The notes under the pieces: generated by a model
Told to the model about the DNA's origin: nothing
Seen by the model: the letters and a program-made list of their open reading frames with translations, nothing else
Database searches by the model: none
Part shown: positions 12,926 to 25,726 of the stretch, piece after piece
How the letters are laid out: every line of letters begins with the position of its first letter
How positions within the stretch are numbered: position 1 is the first letter of the stretch
Program-made: the position numbers and the translations under genes
Origin: Ancylonema sp.
Taxonomy: Eukaryota
NCBI GenBank assembly: GCA_050230475.1
Contig: JBFLGF010000083.1
Span: 1 to 64,000 of the forward strand
Direction of reading: 5' to 3'
DNA length: 64,000 nucleotides

Positions 12926-14191
12926 CTGTATTTCCTTTTCAAACTTTCCCACTATGCAGTGAGAACGTAAAGCATCTGCATCTGCGGAGGCCCCGCCAAG
13001 TAACAATCATATATGACACCATTGAAAAATATGTCGTACGCGGAATGGTGACAACCACAACTCACCGGCTCCGGTGAGCCCTCCAGAAATTCTGCCAACC
13101 CCCCCCCCCCCCCCCCTTTTACGGCTGACGTCTCGCAAAAAATCATCTTGCCATGGCAATAGCAGTCGCTCGGCAAGGCTACAAAGCAGACTTGAAACCC
13201 CATTGACAATGTGGTGCCGTCTTTCTATTTGTCCAGGTTTACCATGCAGCCGGTACTACATGTCGCCCTGCCAGACGCACTTTTGTAGCCAGACCAAAGG
13301 CACCACCAACCTTGACGGATTTTGAGCTCCACTTTATTTTCCAGATATGCACGGAAAGACATCGGCGGATCCTCTGTTCGACCACAAAGTAACACATCAA
13401 CGTAGGCCCACCGTAGAGTAGTAAACCTACTTAACGGAAGAACTTTTTAACGAAATAACCCTTTAGCACGTAAACAATACTACTCTGAACCGTACCTGGA
13501 CCGCAATCAGTCATTTTGGAAAATACAGCACGTAGAAGCAGAGGCAGTGCATTATTTTGTGTCACGGATCCAGGTACCAAGATCACCCCTCGGGATGCCG
13601 TTGCAACTACCACAACACCCTTGCTAACGTACCTTCAACATAAATATTTTCATGTCCTAATTCCCATAAAAAAGGACGGGCAGACTCTCAAAAACATGTT
13701 GCGTAATTTTCCGTGTTGCAAAGCGTGATGAGAAAATGTATGACACAATGACTTCTTATTTTAAATATGGTTCCGTTTTAAGTGTCTGGCAAAAAATCTC
13801 GTACGTCAGATCGCATCTTTAATGCTAGTTGAGCGACGAAAATGTGGTTTCGACATGATATTGAATGACAGGACCAAACATCGTGCGCAAGACGGTGGGA
13901 AGGCAAACAGACCGTCCACGTGCCTGCAGATTGAATCGTCGGGTGGCGTCGGCTCCGAGCGATCGCCCAAAAGCACCGACAACAGGCGCAGGGCCGATTC
14001 ACCGAAGCCTCGTTTGCAAGTCCACGACTTGTGGTGGTCTTACATGTTGACGTAGCAGATAGCAGTTATTCAACATAGGGTTCTTTACCATAGTTGGGTC
14101 TTTGGCGTCTCGAACGCCTAGGGCGCGCAAGAATTCGAGCGCGTTTGGTACGCGCTCGCATACCAAGCGTCTCGGGTATCTTCCAAACGTC

Positions 14192-16261
14192 CAGGGTTGG
14201 CGACCACCGCCTTACCGCCCTCCTCCCCTACTCCCTACCGTCCTTCCGCGGTAGCTACCGCAGTACCTACCGATAGGAGTAGGAAATTTAGTCCAACTGC
14301 GGTTTGGACGGTAGGGGTAGGGCGGTATGAAGTAACTTGTAGGGATCGGTAGGGATTGACAAAGATAGTGGAATCGAATAATTTCCGATTTGTCTTCATC
14401 GCCCCCCTTCAAACCGAAAACCGTAGAATATAATGTGTAAACCCCACACGGGGAATTTAATGATGACGATAAGGAGTTCCACAAATCACCTAAGGATTTC
14501 CAAACATTCAAGACATGTAAGTATGACCACAACGAAGGTAGGTGTGTTTATTTACAACGCAGTGTCGCGTTGGTTCGTGGAACTCACACACCCTCTCAAA
14601 TGTGTATAGCAATTACGTCTCTCACAATCGTTACTATATTTTGGTTTCACAAATCCATTAGAAAACATAGATGTAGACACAACACAAAGCTAAGGACAAG
14701 GATGCACAACTGTATACGTTGCGTGATAGATCGATCCAAGTTTATTTTATTTTGGGTCGCAACTTTACCTTCCATTTCACTTAAGAAAAAAACCTTACCG
14801 TTACCTATCGGAACCTACCATCGCCCTACCGATTTTCCTACCAACTACCGGTGCCCTACTCCCTACCGATGCCCGACCGGGCTGGGCACAAAAATCGGTA
14901 GGATAGCGGTAGGGAGTAGCTACAGGATGTAGCAGCCCTAGTTGATCGGGGAGCCCGCTCCAAAACCCCGGGGCTCCGGATTCGGGCTCGCGAGCCCGAC
15001 GGGCTCCTAAAACGAGCTCGTATGGACGAGTCCGGACGGGCTCGTCGAGCTCAACGGACTCGTGAAGCCCGACGAGCTCCAAACGGGCTCGCGGGCTCCC
15101 TGGCAAAAAAGAACGGGCTCCGAACGGGCTCGCTCGATCCTCGGAGAGAGAATGGACTACCACCATCCGCCATGGCAAAGTATGTTGCTTCTCAATGTTG
15201 TACAAAGTGGACAAAATCACTCTACACCTCATATTTATTGTCTCAATTAATGAAAAGCGACGGGAAGAGTGTCGGCCACTATACTATTGCAGCCTCTAGA
15301 GGCTTCCAGAGGCTTCTATTGGGGTTCTATCGGGTTTCCTTGGGGTAATAACCAGCCATTAGTGGGTGAAACCGAGCCCGTCGGAGACCGTCCGAGCCTG
15401 TGTGAGCCCGTGCCGCGAGCTCGTAGGAGCCCGGAGCCCGTTGAGCCCGGAAAACGCGAGCTCGTTGGCCTCCGAGCCCGTCGGCGAAGAGAATCAAGAT
15501 CACGGGCTCGGAGCCCGCGGGCTCATGGGCTCGCGGGCTCCCCGATCACGAAGCAGCCCCCTACGGTAGGGGGCTTCGGAGTTCTGCCGTGGTTGCACAT
15601 ACCGACTAATACACCTTTCCCGTTGCTTCCCTTTGGACCTTTCTTATAGCCACCACCTTTGCTACCGGGAGGAAGCTCCACATACTCGAAGCTCTTGTCG
15701 AAGAAAAGGGCATCTAGATCATCATCACAAATCACGCCACGCTCTACACAACCTCCTTTCTCGGCATCTGCCACCTCCATGTCTTCCATGTCCAAACCGA
15801 AGATCACCGATCTAGATTTCGCTGTATCACACGGTATGGATCATGTTTGTGGTACCATATCACTGTGTTCCAGACTAGACTGGTGCTCGCTACTTACGTG
15901 TCTTTCATGTTCGGGATACTTCCATCAAGGAAGTAACCAGAAGCTCCACTTGATTCGTGGAACCTGTGATCATCATCCTTTCGCTTCCTATGTGGAGTTA
16001 ACGATTTCTCGTCCCGTATAATGCGCAAAATAACCGGAAAATTTTAGATTTCCTACCGTTTCCTACCGTTCCCTACCGATCCCTACCGTTCCCTACCGTT
16101 CCCTACCGATTATTTCCTACCGCCCTACCCCCTACCGAGCCAGCCGCGGTTTGGCCATTTTCCCTACCCCCTACTGCATATTTGAGCATCGGTAGCTACC
16201 GCGGTAGCAATCGCGGTGAAACGGTAGGGAGTAGGGCGGTAGGGCGGTGTCGCCAACCCTA
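14192..16261. mobile_element. hAT-like element with CTACCG subterminal repeats (hosts a nested element)
   Basis: TIR CAGGGTTGGCGAC / GTCGCCAACCCTA with dense CCTACCG/CGGTAGG arrays. No matching TSD found, so the pairing of the two ends is not proven. Confidence 0.6.
14939..15551. mobile_element. Non-autonomous hAT-type element (GAGCCC repeats)
   Basis: TIR core TGATCGGGGAGCCCG. Perfect 8-bp TSD AGCAGCCC at 14931-14938 and 15552-15559. Confidence 0.88.
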
Positions 16262-16310
16262 ACCCTACCGCGAGCCGAAAATGCGGTGTCATCACCAACC
16301 CTCATCCAAC

Positions 16311-17606
16311 TAGGGTTGGATTTTTAGGCCCTGTAAATTCCACCGGTAATTAATAAGGTTAAAAATATAAGGGTAAAATGTAAAAATGTTAATAATTCAT
16401 ATCATACATCATTACTGGGTCAAAATTTAACATTAATCACAATGGCTAAAAAATTGAAAATTATTAAGATTTAACCTACTTTTCGGTCATGATAATTGTC
16501 GTCACGGATTGTTTACATGAAACATCCGGAAACTATTAGTTGTTGTAATTTTGACATGGGTGCGGGACACCAATCAAGGCAATTCGAATTGACATAAAAA
16601 CGAGTACTAAAATATTATTGAATAGGCATTAGATAAAACAAAAGCTCTTACATTATTTAAATTTTTGTTGCAAGAGCGACATATGTGGAAAAGTGATTCT
16701 CATGAAATGGTTTGTTTTCAACGCCTAAACGGAACCCCGAAAAACTCCGGGAACACATATTCTGGCATTAAAATCAATGGTTCCAAATTAAAAATGTGAT
16801 TGAAGACCTACTTCCAATCTTTTTGGGTTCATTGAAGTTCTCCTCTTCTAATTTATAATGGCCCGTCAATGTCACCATAAGAACTGGGAAAGGGGCGATG
16901 GTATGACCAAAAAAACAACCACAAACTTTATATCACAATTGTGACTCGTTGTTGCATATTACATTCACATGTAACCATAAATTTGATAATTTTGTTTTGA
17001 AGGGGAGACACCTCTAAAATTAAGGCTTAAGTAATGATAAAGAAATTATGAAATTGCATTACATTCGACATAGAAAGCAATTATAGTACAACCCCAAAAA
17101 CAATGGGAACAATGTTTTACAATTATTCAATATATTCAATATGTTCCCACTATAATCTAGAAAAAACGACATCAACCTTTTCGTGACTACAAAAGTTCCT
17201 CCCTATCATGCGTTCTACATCGTATTGACGTAACCATCAATACCTTCTATGGGGAAATCCCATATCAAAAGCTAGAGTAACTTATCATTAGATTGTCCAC
17301 ATTCATTGCAGACTTCGAGGACCAAACTGTATCATTCGAAAATCTAAATGACATGCTTCTAGAATAACTCGACACCCATTTTTTTTTTCCCACAGTACAT
17401 CTCATTGGACCTAACAATAAATAATTAGGCCCTAAATATATGATATTAAGCCCTAAAAGTGAAAGATTCTAGTCTTAGATCTATGTATTGGAGCTACTGA
17501 TTGTTAATTTTTTAGGGGCGCCTTTTTCCGGCCAATTATAAAACCTAACTTACATATATGAATGACTAATAGTTAGGGGCTGTATTTTTAACCTTCCCCA
17601 TCCCTA
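16311..17606. mobile_element. AT-rich non-autonomous hAT-type element
   Basis: TIR TAGGGTTGG / CCATCCCTA. Perfect 8-bp TSD CATCCAAC at 16303-16310 and 17607-17614. Ends resemble 52190-53331 in the opposite orientation. Confidence 0.85.
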
Positions 17607-18264
17607 CATCCAACTGCCTCTGCAAGTCAATGCTTCTCTGCAAGTCAATGCTTCTTGCACACGCGGCCGTTCTGCATGTTTTGACGCGTGGCCAGTACTT
17701 ATTGGCGGGGTTGCCATGTGGGATGCTGTTTGCGTCCAGGTCGTACGGTGCATCCGCGCCACGAAAGCAGGTAATGACGCCAGCTGCCAGCGCATTCAGT
17801 TGGACTGCATCAGCCCTCTTCTTCGGTCGAGGCCAAGCTGCTGAGTAAGTGAGGACCATATTGATTATGTTCTGTAGCTGTCCCTGTGTCAAGTGCTGAT
17901 TCTGTTGCGCTACGATGAAAATTTAAGGGACATTTGTTTGCTTCCTTCCTGGTACCTAGTCCTGCTATTCCTTTTTCCTGGTAGGTGTTGATCCCGACCG
18001 TGAGTGGTATTTTGATGCATTGAGCAACTCTCAGGTGCGAATTTATGATTCATAGGATCAATTGTACCCTGTCCGTGAGAAGCAAGGGCAATCGATTCGC
18101 TTAATGTCGGATATTTGATTCCTCCAGTGGGCTCGGCAATCGAATTATCGTACACTGGGGAATAAATTCAGAATCAATCTTTCAATCTAGCTTTAAATTG
18201 CCATTCGCTGCAGATCCGACAATTCCGCCGCGTCTTTGCAACCCACTACTGCGCGAGTTTCGAA

Positions 18265-21200
18265 ATGGCGAGCAACCGCAGTCTTGGCAATCACATTGCT
18301 TCCCGACTGGTGGAGGTGGGATGCACTGATTTCTTCACCGTTCCAGGGGACTTCAACCTCGTCCTGCTTGACCAGGTGACTAATTCTTATTCACCACTCC
18401 ATCGAATATACCATACATTACTGAGTCCCTCAAAAGTGAGATTACCGTCGTTTGCGTCGTCTCTTCGAACTCGACCTGGACACTTTGGCTCGGCAACAGT
18501 TAAGTGTTTTACACAAGAGCAGCAGGGTCCTTGTCATATGTTTGTTAGGAGAGATGGCCACATTTTGAGTCCAGAATATAAATGAGATCAGGGGCTTTCA
18601 CATCACCCCATGTTTAGTGCACATTACGATACAAGAGGGGAAATAAAATCTAAAAACTTGCTGTAAGATTGCAAAGATCGTCAGAGATCCTGGCATCTAT
18701 TTGGGTATTTTACTCTTTGCTACTAGTTCACCTTCTGTGGCGATTACTGAAGAGAGCGCACACCTTAGATTAAGGTGAAAGTGTTGGCTGGTAGGACACA
18801 ACCATCAGTAACTTCGAGCTACATTGCATGAGACAAAAACTCAATGCAGATTTTCTTTTTTTCGCCACACAAAATTGTGAAGGTCCGAATCGAAAATTCA
18901 ATATGATCACTAAATCGCGTCGACCACATGCGTTCAACGTCGCAACCACTTTGTGAAGGCACACACTTTGTATAAGCACACACTTTGAAGAAGCTGGAAG
19001 TCTCCCCTTCTCCTGTGCAGCTGATTTCGGAGCCGAAACTAAAAATGATTGGCTGCTGCAATGAGCTGAACGCCGGGTATGCAGCAGACGGATATGCTCG
19101 TGCCAAGGTCGGCCCTCATGTTCCCTTCTTGTACCTTCTGTATGTGAACCTAGACTTACACTAAAAATGTACCTCGAGGATTTCTGGTTTTCTCTCATCA
19201 CAATGAATCAGAGGGAGTAACGGAAGTAAGGGCCAGGGGATATGTAGTTCCTCTTCTTCTATCCATGGTAGACAAGATCCTTTTCTTTACGCCCTCTCTG
19301 CGTCCATAATCCTCTTCCACCTCTCACATGCTTAGACTTCCGTCCGGCGCACTTATTACACCACGAGCTCTTCCAACTAAAAGTAGGTGGCGTGGTTCGT
19401 TTTGTCCTGTGGGGACAGGGAGTGGGTTGCGTTGTCGTCACCTTCACTGTGGGGGGGCTCAGCGTCATCAACGCAATCGCAGGTGCATATAGGTGTGTAT
19501 TCTTACAGAGACGTCCTCGTATAGGCTCATCGCATAGGATCGACGCATTTCAAGTTTACTGATCTGTCTTTTTCTTTTATTCTTTTCCTTCGTCTTCTTC
19601 TTCGTCGTCTTCTTCTATTCTTTTGAGTACTGTCTTTCTATTTTTTGTTTTCTTCTGGTCTCATGGCTGGTCCCACTCCATTCATCTCGGACAAGACAAC
19701 GAGAGCCTTATAACGAGAGTGCAGGCAGCCCGTAACAGCCGCATCTCCCTCTTCCCTGTCTTTTCTGTTCCTCCCCTCTCAGCGAGGACCTCCCCGTCAT
19801 CTGCATCGTGGGCGGCCCCAACAGCAACGACTACGGCACCAACAGCATCCTTCACCACACCATAGGGCTGCCGGACTTCACTCAGGAACTCAACTGCTTC
19901 AAGCAGGTCACCGTAGCTCAGGTACGGGGTTGGATGCTGACGCGGCACTGAACATGCTGATGACGTGGCACTCAGACATGCTGACGCCGCACCCGAACAT
20001 GCTGACGACGTGGCACTCGAACCTGCAGACGCCGCACCCGAACACACCCGAACACGCTGCTGAGGTGGTGGTCGAACATGCTGACGTGGCAGTGCACGCC
20101 GTCCGTGGGCAGGCGGTGATCAGCGACTTGGATTCTGCCCACGAGAAGATCGACTTCCTCATTTCTGCCGCTCTGAAGAACAGCAAACCGGTGTACCTGA
20201 ACGTGAGCTGCAACCTGGCGGGGTTGGGGCACCCCAGCTTCGGGATGACCCCTGTGCCCTACTACCTGAGCCCAAAGTAGGCTCACCTGCACCTGTAGAT
20301 GAGGGGGAGGATATTTTAAGACGGGGGCAATGATGTGGGATGGAGGGAACACACTACACTAACCAGCCTTAAAAAATAATAGAACAAAAGAAAAAAAAAA
20401 AAAAAAAGGGGGGAAAAAAAGTGAGGAAGAAAAGTTGACTTTTTGGCTGAATGAGTCCACCTGCCTATCTTCCCCTCTCGCCCTGGGCAGAGGTAGCAAC
20501 CCGGACAGCCTGGAGGCGGCCATAGCCTCTGCGTCAGAGTTCTTGAATAAGGCAGTGAAGCCCGTTCTAGTGGGAGGGCCGAACCTGCGAGTGGCCAAGG
20601 CACAAAAAGCGTTCCTGCAATTTGCGGATGCTTCTGAATACGCCACGGCAGTCATGCCGTCTGCAAAGGGGCAGTTCCCGGAAACGCACCCCCAGTTTAT
20701 TGGAACCTACTGGGGTAACCAACGAGTTCACAAAATACCAGTTTTTTTTTTGTTTTTTTTTTTGGTTTCTAATTATTTAAATTTAGAATTGTAAAATAAT
20801 AATAATAAGTATATGTATGTTAATAACCATCTAGTTTCTCTTCCAAAAGTTTAGTTCGTAAGTCACCGCACTCATCGTTCATTTTTTACTTAAGCTGCCA
20901 CGTACAAAAGTGCTTGCCATTCCCCTGTGGTCGTTGGAATGTGCCATAACCCTTACACCCCCCCCTCTCCTCTTCCTTGCAATGCAAATCCATTCCAGGT
21001 GCGGTTTCGTCCCCGTTTTGTGTGGAAATCGTGGAGTCGGCAGACGCATACCTGTTCGCTGGCCCTCTCTTCAACGATTACAGCTCGGTGGGTTACTCTT
21101 TATTGATCAAAAAGGAGAAGATGGTCCACGTGGACGTGGACCGAGTGACGGTTGGGGGGGTGGAGACGTTCGGGTGCGTGTTGATGGCGGATTTCTTACA

Positions 21201-22740
21201 CGGGCTGGCAAAAGCGGTCACGCCGAATAAAACGGCGGTGGAGAATCACAATCGCATCTTCATTCCGATGGGTGTGCCGTCGAAGAGCGAGAAAGATGCG
21301 GCGTTGAGGACGAACGTACTTTTTCAGCACATACAGGTTGGAGGGGGTTGGGGCTCATGTTGGGATTCTTCCTGCTGTGGTCACAAGGTAGCCATGGGCT
21401 GTAGGCTATAAGACATAGGCTGTAGACCATAGATTATAGCTTGTAGACTGGAGGCTATGGGTGAAATTGTGGTTAGAAAACGAAACCTGTCTATCGGAAT
21501 TTGCGTATGACCAGATGCAATTTGGCTGGAAGTTTGGTGGAAAACCAATGAGGAGCTGCATCATCTTTGGATGGGCGGTGCAGTATCTTTCTGCTGACGT
21601 GGCGTCCCTGTGGCTGTGCGCAGAAAATGCTGAGCGCTGATTCCGCAGTGATCGCTGAAACGGGCGACTCCTGGTTCAACTGCCAGAAGCTCACCCTCCC
21701 CCCCGGGTGCGGGTACGAGTTCCAGATGCAGTACGGAAGCATTGGGTGGGCGGTTGGGGCCACCCTCGGATACGCGCAGGCAGCCAAGGAGACGAGGGTC
21801 ATAGCTTGTATCGGGGATGGATCCTTCCAGGTAACTTCTGGGGGACGATTATAGGAATGACGAGTTTCGCTTTTTAGAGTGGGGGACAGCAGATCGTGCC
21901 TGTATCGAGGGGGAGGTATGAAGATATAGGGACCAGAGATTCCTTGTTTCCTGTTTTGTTGCCATCAATTATCCATCGACCGCGAATCGTTTTCCCACAA
22001 TGTAAGGGCAATCTCATGAACAACGAGAGAGCATTTCTGTTACAAGATACTTATGTGCATTCTGGCTTTCCTATCTCCCTCACTTTCCCCCTTTCATATC
22101 ATCTCTGTGGGATCAGGTGACTGCCCAAGACGTGTCGACCATGATGCGATATAGGCAAAAGACCATCCTGTTTCTTATCAACAACGGGGGGTATACTATT
22201 GAGGTCGAGATCCACGACGGCCCTTATAACGTGATCCACAATTGGGATTACACGGCGATGGTGGAGGCAATCAATCATGGGCAAGGACTGTGCTGGACGG
22301 CCAAGGTAAACGAGGACTTCTTCTAAGAGGATTGGCTGGAAATTCTGTGTAGGAGTGGGAAAGGGATCATCGTTTATCACGTTGTAGCCAACTATAGGTT
22401 CTGGAATAGTACGTAATTGAGAAGGGACGTTGGAAGGGAAGGTACACATTTCAGGTTGTAGAAATGCCGCACGTGCAAGTCAGCGCCGAACATGGGAGGC
22501 CAATCATATGAATTAAGTACAGGAATGTGAGTTTTTCTCATGTAGATCCACGGATGAGTGAATGTGCAGGTGAGAACGGAGGAGCAACTAGAAGAGGCCA
22601 TCAAGACAGCTCAAGGACCGAAATCCGATCATTTCTGTTTCATCGAAGTGATTTTGCATCGCGACGATACGAGTCGGGAGTTGTTAGAGTGGGGGTCACG
22701 TGTGAGTGCAGCCAATAACAGACCACCAAACCCACAATAA
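18265..22740 (+). CDS. PDC: Pyruvate decarboxylase (thiamine diphosphate enzyme), 10 exons
   Basis: Exons 18265-18375, 19021-19107, 19419-19492, 19783-19921, 20113-20276, 20491-20714, 20999-21336, 21624-21830, 22117-22305, 22570-22740, all GT-AG and in phase. Motifs [37 protein letters not shown]...NNGGYTIE and plant-like end NRPPNPQ. Confidence 0.97.
19935..20095. repeat. Intronic minisatellite in PDC intron 4
   Basis: Repeated GAACATGCTGACG / ACGTGGCACTC / CCGCACCCGAAC units. Confidence 0.7.
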
Positions 22741-23269
22741 GTCATTCAGGGGATATGGGGCTAGCCCTTCGAAGAGGTTGAAGAGGCGGGAGTGGAAGGA
22801 CAGGAATATAGGCAAGCTAGCCCCTAGTATTTGAAGCTAGCTTAAATGGTCAAACTCCAATTCTTATTTCTAGGTAGGAATAGGTCACTTGATGGTTGAT
22901 AGCATTTAGAAGATTGTTTTTTGTCATTTTTTCCTCCAAGATTTTCACCTTGTGTATACGTGATCCACATTCTATTTAGGTCAAATAATTCTTTCTTGAG
23001 CTAGAGGTTGTGCATTTACACTTAACGTGTGTGAGCTTCTCGTGTTCAGCTAGTGGTGGTTACAAAGATTCCATGCAAATTACACAAGGAGACAAGGGAC
23101 GAAATACGTTCTCGACTGCGGTCCTCATGTGATCTGAACCTTCTTTCGCTGCTTGCATGCGTTTGCCTATTTATGCAACGGAACGCACAAATATTACTTG
23201 ACCATGGCAATGCATTCCACACTCCAATATTCAACCAAGTATATCACTAGCTTGCAAACCTCAAACATC

Positions 23270-23382
23270 CATAGATGGTCTAGCTCAATCCCTATCCCCG
23301 ATCCGGATCGGGGCTGGATCGAACTCAATCCATATTAGCGCGGGCTTGGAGATCTCCTCACTCTATCGGATCCAACGAGATC

Positions 23383-23416
<34 letters not shown>

Positions 23417-24712
23417 TGTCTGGGGGGTTTTACGTCGTAACGTGTGCATATCGTCGTAACGTGTTCGGCCCGTTTTTCAGCACTGTGGACGAGGGAGGTC
23501 TACGAACACAGATCGTGCTTCGAGAAGCGCGAGAGCTTCTTCACCGAACAGCTCGCGCGGCACTGCCTCCATATGCCACCTTGGCCGTGGATTCTGTTCC
23601 TCACTTGCAATCGACACTTCTTGATGCTACCCACGCTGCTGCGTTTGAGGTGCTTGTGGCGAGCAGGCTTCGGTCCGCCAGTGGACCCGGTGCGGGTCAT
23701 TGTACAGGCGTCCCCCATCAGTCCCTCCCTTCGTATCCCCCCTCCCCTATTCCTTACTGCCGTGCGCTTGCGCCTCGGGTTTCCCCACCCATGCCTTGCT
23801 ACCTAGGATACGTGCGCGTGCGGCAACTCTATAGACGCCCTGGGTACGCATCTCATGCGCTGCAGTCGAGGGGGGGAGCGCACTTCATCTCATGACTCGG
23901 TGCGAGATTCCGTATATCACATCCTCCGCGAGTCGGGTCCGCATGTTCAACGAGAACGTACGGGGTTTCTTCCGTCTTCCGCTCCGGGCGGTCGTGGGGG
24001 GCGAGTGGATATTGTTATTTCGGATGTGGTGGAGGGGCATATTTTGGTGGATGTGGTCATTGCTCACCCCACGCGGCGTGACTTGGTGGATCTCGCGGCT
24101 TGTCGAGGGTTGGTGGCCGCATAAGATGCAGAACGGCGCAAAGAAACTCATTATCGTGATCGCGCGGCAGGGACCAAGTTTATCCCGTTTGCGTTAGAGG
24201 CGTACGGTGCGCTTTCCGATGCAAGCAATCGGTTATTGGTGGATTGTGCTCACCGTGCGGCGCAACTGAATGGGCGATCGGGGCGGAATGTTAGAGTTTG
24301 TTAGTTACTTGGTTTCGGCAGAGAGTTTCTGTTGCTTTACAACGTTCTCTAGCACATGCAATCCATGCTAGAACGTTGCGATTGGAAGAGGGTATGGCTC
24401 TGTTACCTCCCCCCCCTCCGCGGGTGTTATTGTCGTCAGTAGAGTGAAGGATTGTTGCTCGGGTGTTTTAGGGTTGGGGTTGTTCCTTCTTCTGTTCCGT
24501 TAGGTTGGTACGATAACGTTGGTGTTGTACTCAGATGGGGTTCCCATCGTGCTTTAATAAAATGCGTCTCTCTCTTGTGCATATACTTTCTTGTTTTTTA
24601 CAACGATTTTTTACTACTGTTCGGCGCCTATGAACTGGATCGGCCCCGAACCGGGTCTGATGCGGATCTCCGCGGGATCGGAATTTCCCCGTCCGCATCG
24701 AGACCAACTTTG
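23270..24712. mobile_element. hAT-type element (GATCC/GGATC repeats) enclosing a retrotransposon fragment
   Basis: Imperfect TIR CATAGATGGTCT / AGACCAACTTTG. TSD CAAACATC vs TAAACATC (7/8). Confidence 0.7.
23415..24560 (+). mobile_element. 5'-truncated, frameshifted non-LTR retrotransposon with restriction-like endonuclease (CRE-like clade)
   Basis: Across frames: RLRSASGPGAG, LRLGFPHP, CACG...GTHLMRCSRGGERTSSHDSVRD (CCHC-type), RVDIV...VDVVIAHP, AERRKETHY, FIPFALEAYG, RQRVSVALQR. AATAAA near 24556. Confidence 0.85.
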
Positions 24713-24962
24713 TAAACATCTATGTACTTGTGCGTTCTTTTGTAAATTTCGCAACAACAACATGATTGCATCATTCCCCATGTAAACTTTCACATTTAGC
24801 AGTAAACATGTAACACGCACACGACTTTATTTTTCTTCACATCACTGGCCCTCTTTAGATGGCAAAACGAAGGAGAAACTTTTGGGAGAGCCATGTGGTG
24901 ATTGCTTACGTGAATGCTTGTTGCAAAAGGCGGTTCTTTACGCCGGACTTGCGTGTTTACGC

Positions 24963-25323
24963 CATAGTTGCACAGACGGCGGACCGACTTCCGAGGTCCC
25001 GGTTCCGGACCCGGGTTCGTCCTTTTAGGCCAGTATGCCGGACCGGCGTTAGTAGGACATTGTCAGTTTTTCTTTCGGATTTTGAAAGGTTTTTCGTGGA
25101 GAAAAAAATCCGGAAATTTTTATTTTTGTTTGTCATTTTGGCTTGTGCATTGTGCAAACATGTAAGAAAAACATAGACCTTCAAATCCCCGATATGTCCA
25201 TTCCCCCCCGAAAATTGCCGGAAAAATAAAAACCCAAAAGATCGCCCGTCCGCCCGGGTCCCGACTGCGGACCCCGTCCGACCGCGATCCGAAGAACCAA
25301 TCTTGCTGGTCCGTGCAACTATG
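24963..25323. mobile_element. hAT-type MITE, 361 bp (GGACCC/GGTCC repeats)
   Basis: Perfect TIR CATAGTTGCAC. TSD GTTTACGC vs GTTTACGA (7/8). Confidence 0.85.
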
Positions 25324-25726
25324 GTTTACGAGACAATTTGATAGGTTGGGTTTCACAACATTTTAACATCTGCTTGCTACTCTCACGTCTCCTTGCTACT
25401 CTCCACTCAAGACAAAGACTATAGTCCAACTTGATTCCTCTTCTTCATAACACAGTCAGTAAGCATCCGATTTAACACTATTTGTTACCAAACGACCATA
25501 CTACAAAACGCTTAAGAGGAGAAGGACATCAAGAGGGGTTTCATATGCAAACACAAATTATTTCGAGAAACCTACAGGAGTATCAAGGAGTTAAATCTAC
25601 TTTATTCCAAACATTAAATATATTTTCGTACATTTTCATGGATGATCCGTCTATTAGTTTTTGACACACACAAGACTTGCCAACCCTTCCTGATCGCCCA
25701 CCATTCTAGCATCCTATCTATCGCCA

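Noticed and set aside
15560..15830. Acidic minus-strand ORF faintly resembling an SNF2-helicase tail (VICDDDLDAL)
   Set aside because: The match is too short; it could equally be a transposase tail or noise.
16255..16320. AACCCT/TAGGGTT motifs as telomeric repeats
   Set aside because: They are isolated transposon termini, one with a clear 8-bp TSD, not tandem telomere arrays.
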